Virus record (IMG/VR): IMGVR_UViG_3300030376_007233
Location: 1 to 29,369 of that record
Length of the DNA: 29,369 bases
Reading direction: 5' to 3' (one strand)
Source of the DNA: a virus
Taxonomy: Duplodnaviria; Caudoviricetes
In this document: positions 26,536 through 29,369 of the stretch, piece after piece
Numbering within the stretch: position 1 is the first letter of the stretch
How the letters are laid out: every line of letters begins with the position of its first letter
Notes under the pieces: generated by a model
Database searches by the model: none
The model's input: the letters and a program-made list of their open reading frames with translations, nothing else
Told to the model about the DNA's origin: nothing
Position numbers and translations under genes: made by a program

Positions 26536-27789
26536 ATGATAGATATGAATATAAAAGATTATGTGGACCCAATCGAACTTGGGCTGAAAATGAATACACG
26601 CGTGATATCTGGACAGGTTGTCCAAACCGTGAAATCATCCAGATATAATGTGGTTCTTCTGTTGATGAAACATCCATACTTTTCACAGCTACGATTCAAC
26701 ACTTTTGATAAGACAGTGTATTGGAATGGAAAGGCATTGGATGATAATTCATTGGGTAGAATAGCCACATGGATGGAAGCGGTATACAATATCACCCCAT
26801 CCACCCAATTGGTGTTGGAAAGTGTTGGGCAAGTGGCAGAAGATAAGAAATATAACCCATTGAAGGAATATTTTGAAGGAAAAGAATGGGATGGAATTAA
26901 ACGATTGGAATTTCTTCTGGAAAGATATTTTGGGGCTGAACCCAGCAAATTAAACAGGGCATATTCACAAAAGTATTTTGTGGGCACCATAAAAAGGGCT
27001 ATGTTTTCCACTATTGACAACCCAATAAAACATGAAGCCTGTTTGGCTTTATTTGGCCGCCAAGGGCTTGGGAAAAGTACAGCCGTGGAAACATTGGCCA
27101 TTCTTCCAAGATGGTTTGGGGATACTCCCTTGGAAATGGGTTCCAAAGATGCGGTTATTCTTATTCAAGGCAAATTATTGTACGAGCTGAAGGAGATGGC
27201 CAAACGTGCCAAAGATAAGAAAGTCGAAAAGGCATTTATTGATGAAAAAGTGGATAGTCTCAGATTACCATATGGGAAGCTAAGGATAGACCTTCCCAGA
27301 AGATGTTCTTTCATTGCTACTACCAATCGATTGGACATTCTGACAGATGCCACGGGTTCCAGAAGATGGTGGCCAGTGATGTGTGGATATGATTGGGATA
27401 ATGGCGATATGACACCATGGCCCAAGGGAAGAATGATAGATATCAAAGGGTTGAAAAGAGATAGGGAACAATTGTGGTTGGAAGCTCTAGAATTGGCCCA
27501 AGATGAAACATTCCAATGGTGGTTATCTGATGATGAGGAACTACTCAGAGAGGGTGGAAGGGAAGCATTTACAGCCAATCACCCATGGACACCAACCATC
27601 CAAGTTCTTCTTCTCCAATTGCCACAATATTTCCAAGTGGATGATATTCTTTCCAGAATGGATATCCCAGTGGCCCAACGTGACCACAAAGCCAGAATAA
27701 TTACTGAGTCTATTTTGATGGAATTAGGGTATACTAAGGCCAGACGATATACCGAAAATGGAAGAAAATGGGCATGGGGTAGAGGATGA
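26536..27789 (+). CDS. VapE/VirE-family P-loop helicase
   Basis: YNPLKEY...WDGIKRL, Walker A GRQGLGKST, RLPYG, FIATTN...LTDATGSRRWWPV, REQLWLEA. Confidence 0.9.
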   Translation: MIDMNIKDYVDPIELGLKMNTRVISGQVVQTVKSSRYNVVLLLMKHPYFSQLRFNTFDKTVYWNGKALDDNSLGRIATWMEAVYNITPSTQLVLESVGQVAEDKKYNPLKEYFEGKEWDGIKRLEFLLERYFGAEPSKLNRAYSQKYFVGTIKRAMFSTIDNPIKHEACLALFGRQGLGKSTAVETLAILPRWFGDTPLEMGSKDAVILIQGKLLYELKEMAKRAKDKKVEKAFIDEKVDSLRLPYGKLRIDLPRRCSFIATTNRLDILTDATGSRRWWPVMCGYDWDNGDMTPWPKGRMIDIKGLKRDREQLWLEALELAQDETFQWWLSDDEELLREGGREAFTANHPWTPTIQVLLLQLPQYFQVDDILSRMDIPVAQRDHKARIITESILMELGYTKARRYTENGRKWAWGRG

Positions 27790-28028
27790 ACATTCCAAAC
27801 ATAGATGATAGAACACTTCAGCTATTGAGATTACACTATAAACTATTGGAACAGGGTGTGGAACCCATGGCCATAGCCAGAATGGGGATGTTTATAGCCA
27901 TTTTGGAGATGGATGCCCAAGGATGTACATATACCCAAATCATGAATTTATTCAAAGAGTTTCTTATCAAATTCCAAGGTGCCACATTCAATAAAGACGA
28001 ATTCACTATGGATTTTGGCAAAGAATAA
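27786..28028 (+). CDS. Hypothetical protein
   Basis: Coupled overlaps with both neighbours. Confidence 0.6.
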   Translation: MNIPNIDDRTLQLLRLHYKLLEQGVEPMAIARMGMFIAILEMDAQGCTYTQIMNLFKEFLIKFQGATFNKDEFTMDFGKE

Positions 28029-28591
28029 TGGATGAACGTTTCCAAAGGATGGCAAAAGAAGCCCAAGATAGTGAACAGCTCGTTTGTACATTCTTGGAAT
28101 GGAAACATGAATTGGGTTTCTTTTGTACTCCCCATGAGGAACAAAAAGCAGCAACTTCAAAAGGTTGGCATATACCAGATATACAGTGTGATAAAAGAAC
28201 CCCTACCACTATCGAAGTAAAAGAAGATTTGATGTCTGCCCAAACTGGGAACCTGGCGTTTGAAGAAGAAGGGCTAATCAGATTGAAGCGGTGGGCTGTT
28301 GCCCATGGAAAAACAAATATGTTCTTGGCATATGTCAACCATAGAGATTTTGGATTGGATATCTTCCAGATTGGAATGGGTGTGGATTATCTCATAAAAG
28401 AATTAGAGTGGATATGTGTGTTTCGTCCAGATTGCAAAGTCCTACAGGGTGGCGACCAAGGATTGAAGCTCTGGATTATTCCCATCAAAGTAGCCAGAAA
28501 TCTCCATTCTTGTGTCAATCATAATCTGTTCAAAGAACTGGATATGCAAGCTTTCCAGTATATGGCTGAAAAGAAACTCAAAAGAAAATAG
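28028..28591 (+). CDS. PD-(D/E)xK-family nuclease-like protein
   Basis: IPDIQC...TIEVKED...TGNLAFE. Confidence 0.7.
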   Translation: MDERFQRMAKEAQDSEQLVCTFLEWKHELGFFCTPHEEQKAATSKGWHIPDIQCDKRTPTTIEVKEDLMSAQTGNLAFEEEGLIRLKRWAVAHGKTNMFLAYVNHRDFGLDIFQIGMGVDYLIKELEWICVFRPDCKVLQGGDQGLKLWIIPIKVARNLHSCVNHNLFKELDMQAFQYMAEKKLKRK

Positions 28592-28688
28592 TTTATTTTT
28601 CTGTCTATATATATAGCTACAATGGACATATGGAAGAAATATCAAACTATTTCTTCTTTATCTGTTTTCATTACTCTTGACATATCAA

Positions 28689-28856
28689 GGGACAAGGCTT
28701 GTCCCACTCTGTCCCTTTACAGGTCAACAATAAACCACTGTTCTATGTAGCTGGAATGGTGGTTTTGTTACTAATGGGACAATGGGACAAGAAAAACCTT
28801 AAAAAAAGGATAGATATAATTACAGTATATATGTTGGGGCTTTTCGTTGTCCCATT
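28689..28856. repeat. Array of GGGACA(A) direct and inverted repeats with a central hairpin; candidate replication origin
   Basis: Copies at 28689+, 28698-28705-, 28709-28715-, 28776+, 28784+, 28847-28853-; hairpin 28732-28765. Confidence 0.6.
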
Positions 28857-28884
28857 GGGCTACAAATAATCTGATTAACTGGGA

Positions 28885-28915
28885 GTTTACAGTAAACAGA
28901 TATCATAGTATGATA
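28885..28915 (+). promoter_or_regulatory. Putative late-operon promoter with two perfect palindromes
   Basis: TTTACA (28886-28891), 17 bp, TATGAT (28909-28914); GTTTAC-A-GTAAAC and TATCATA-G-TATGATA. Confidence 0.6.
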
Positions 28916-28950
28916 GGATAGAGATATATCCATCTTTCCGAGGGGCTACG

Positions 28951-29328
28951 ATGGCCAAGAAGAGACAACAGATAACCATCCAAGGTACTGAAGCCAATAG
29001 ACGTATAGAACGCGCTATTCCCAAGCTACAATCTGATTTTGGATTTGGGAAGAAGCAAGCCACAGCCGTGGCCATAAGAATGGAAAGCGTTGGACAACTT
29101 GGGATGGGTGGAGGATTGCGAACAGTGGAACAAAGAAGAAGTGGAAAACTTTCTATGGCTGCCTTTGCTGTGGCTCAACTCCAAAGAAGAAGACAACCAA
29201 AAAGAACCATCCAGATTTCACAAGACCCACTCCCCACAGATACAGTGGCTGAATTCCAAAGGCAATATCTCAGAAACAATCCACTGATGTTTACAACCAA
29301 CAAGAAGAAGCCAAAGAAGAAGAAGTGA
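28951..29328 (+). CDS. Basic hypothetical protein upstream of terS (across the circular junction)
   Basis: RBS GAGG; KKQATAVAI resembles the KQAxAIA motif of small basic phage proteins; poly-Lys tail. Confidence 0.7.
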   Translation: MAKKRQQITIQGTEANRRIERAIPKLQSDFGFGKKQATAVAIRMESVGQLGMGGGLRTVEQRRSGKLSMAAFAVAQLQRRRQPKRTIQISQDPLPTDTVAEFQRQYLRNNPLMFTTNKKKPKKKK

Positions 29329-29358
29329 TGGGGTTGTCAGAACAGAAACACCCCCGTA

Positions 29359-29369
29359 CTATCTATGAC
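29359..29369 (+). repeat. 11-bp terminal direct repeat (copy of 1-11), probable circular-assembly overlap
   Basis: Exact match CTATCTATGAC at both ends of the window. Confidence 0.8.

Larger units (their letters stand above)
1..29369. mobile_element. Tailed dsDNA bacteriophage genome (siphovirus-like), apparently complete and circularly assembled
   Basis: Packaging, head, tail, lysis and replication modules in canonical order with no host housekeeping genes; CTATCTATGAC at both 1-11 and 29359-29369. Confidence 0.93.

Noticed and set aside
28028-28591. Cognate restriction-modification system formed by the PD-(D/E)xK nuclease and a methyltransferase
   Set aside because: Not adjacent to either methyltransferase; orphan methylases and such nucleases are common in phage early regions
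29329-29355. GGGGGT...ACCCCC hairpin after the last ORF as a terminator
   Set aside because: Short interrupted stem with no U-tract; transcription probably continues into terS
1-29369. Stop-codon reassignment or tRNA genes
   Set aside because: Standard-code ORFs tile the genome densely using all three stops; no cloverleaf seen in the intergenic regions

Overview
The window looks like an essentially complete ~29.36 kb tailed dsDNA phage genome with siphovirus-like layout; the last 11 bases repeat the first 11, consistent with a circular assembly. The plus-strand late region runs terminase, portal, scaffold, a fibre/decoration cassette, major capsid, neck, tail tube, a tail assembly chaperone with a well-supported -1 frameshift, tape measure, two large tail-tip proteins, amidase endolysin and a holin-like gene. 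A short leftward operon encodes a DEDDh exonuclease, HTH proteins, an N6/N4 methyltransferase and a SWIM Zn-finger protein. A rightward early/replication operon encodes an XRE HTH, a C5 methyltransferase, RusA, a primase, a VapE-like helicase and a PD-(D/E)xK nuclease. I recognise no integrase, DNA polymerase, tRNA or CRISPR array. The most unusual signals are four. (1) An ordered array of eight DnaA-box-like 9-mers overlapping the putative major capsid promoter, followed by a compact structured leader. (2) A capsid 3'-UTR hairpin whose loop is complementary to the start regions of the scaffold and tail-chaperone genes. (3) A C5 methyltransferase whose TRD/motif IX is encoded by a nested +1-frame ORF. 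(4) A GGGACAA iteron-like array after the replication genes. All functional calls come from motif recognition and synteny by eye; no searches were run.
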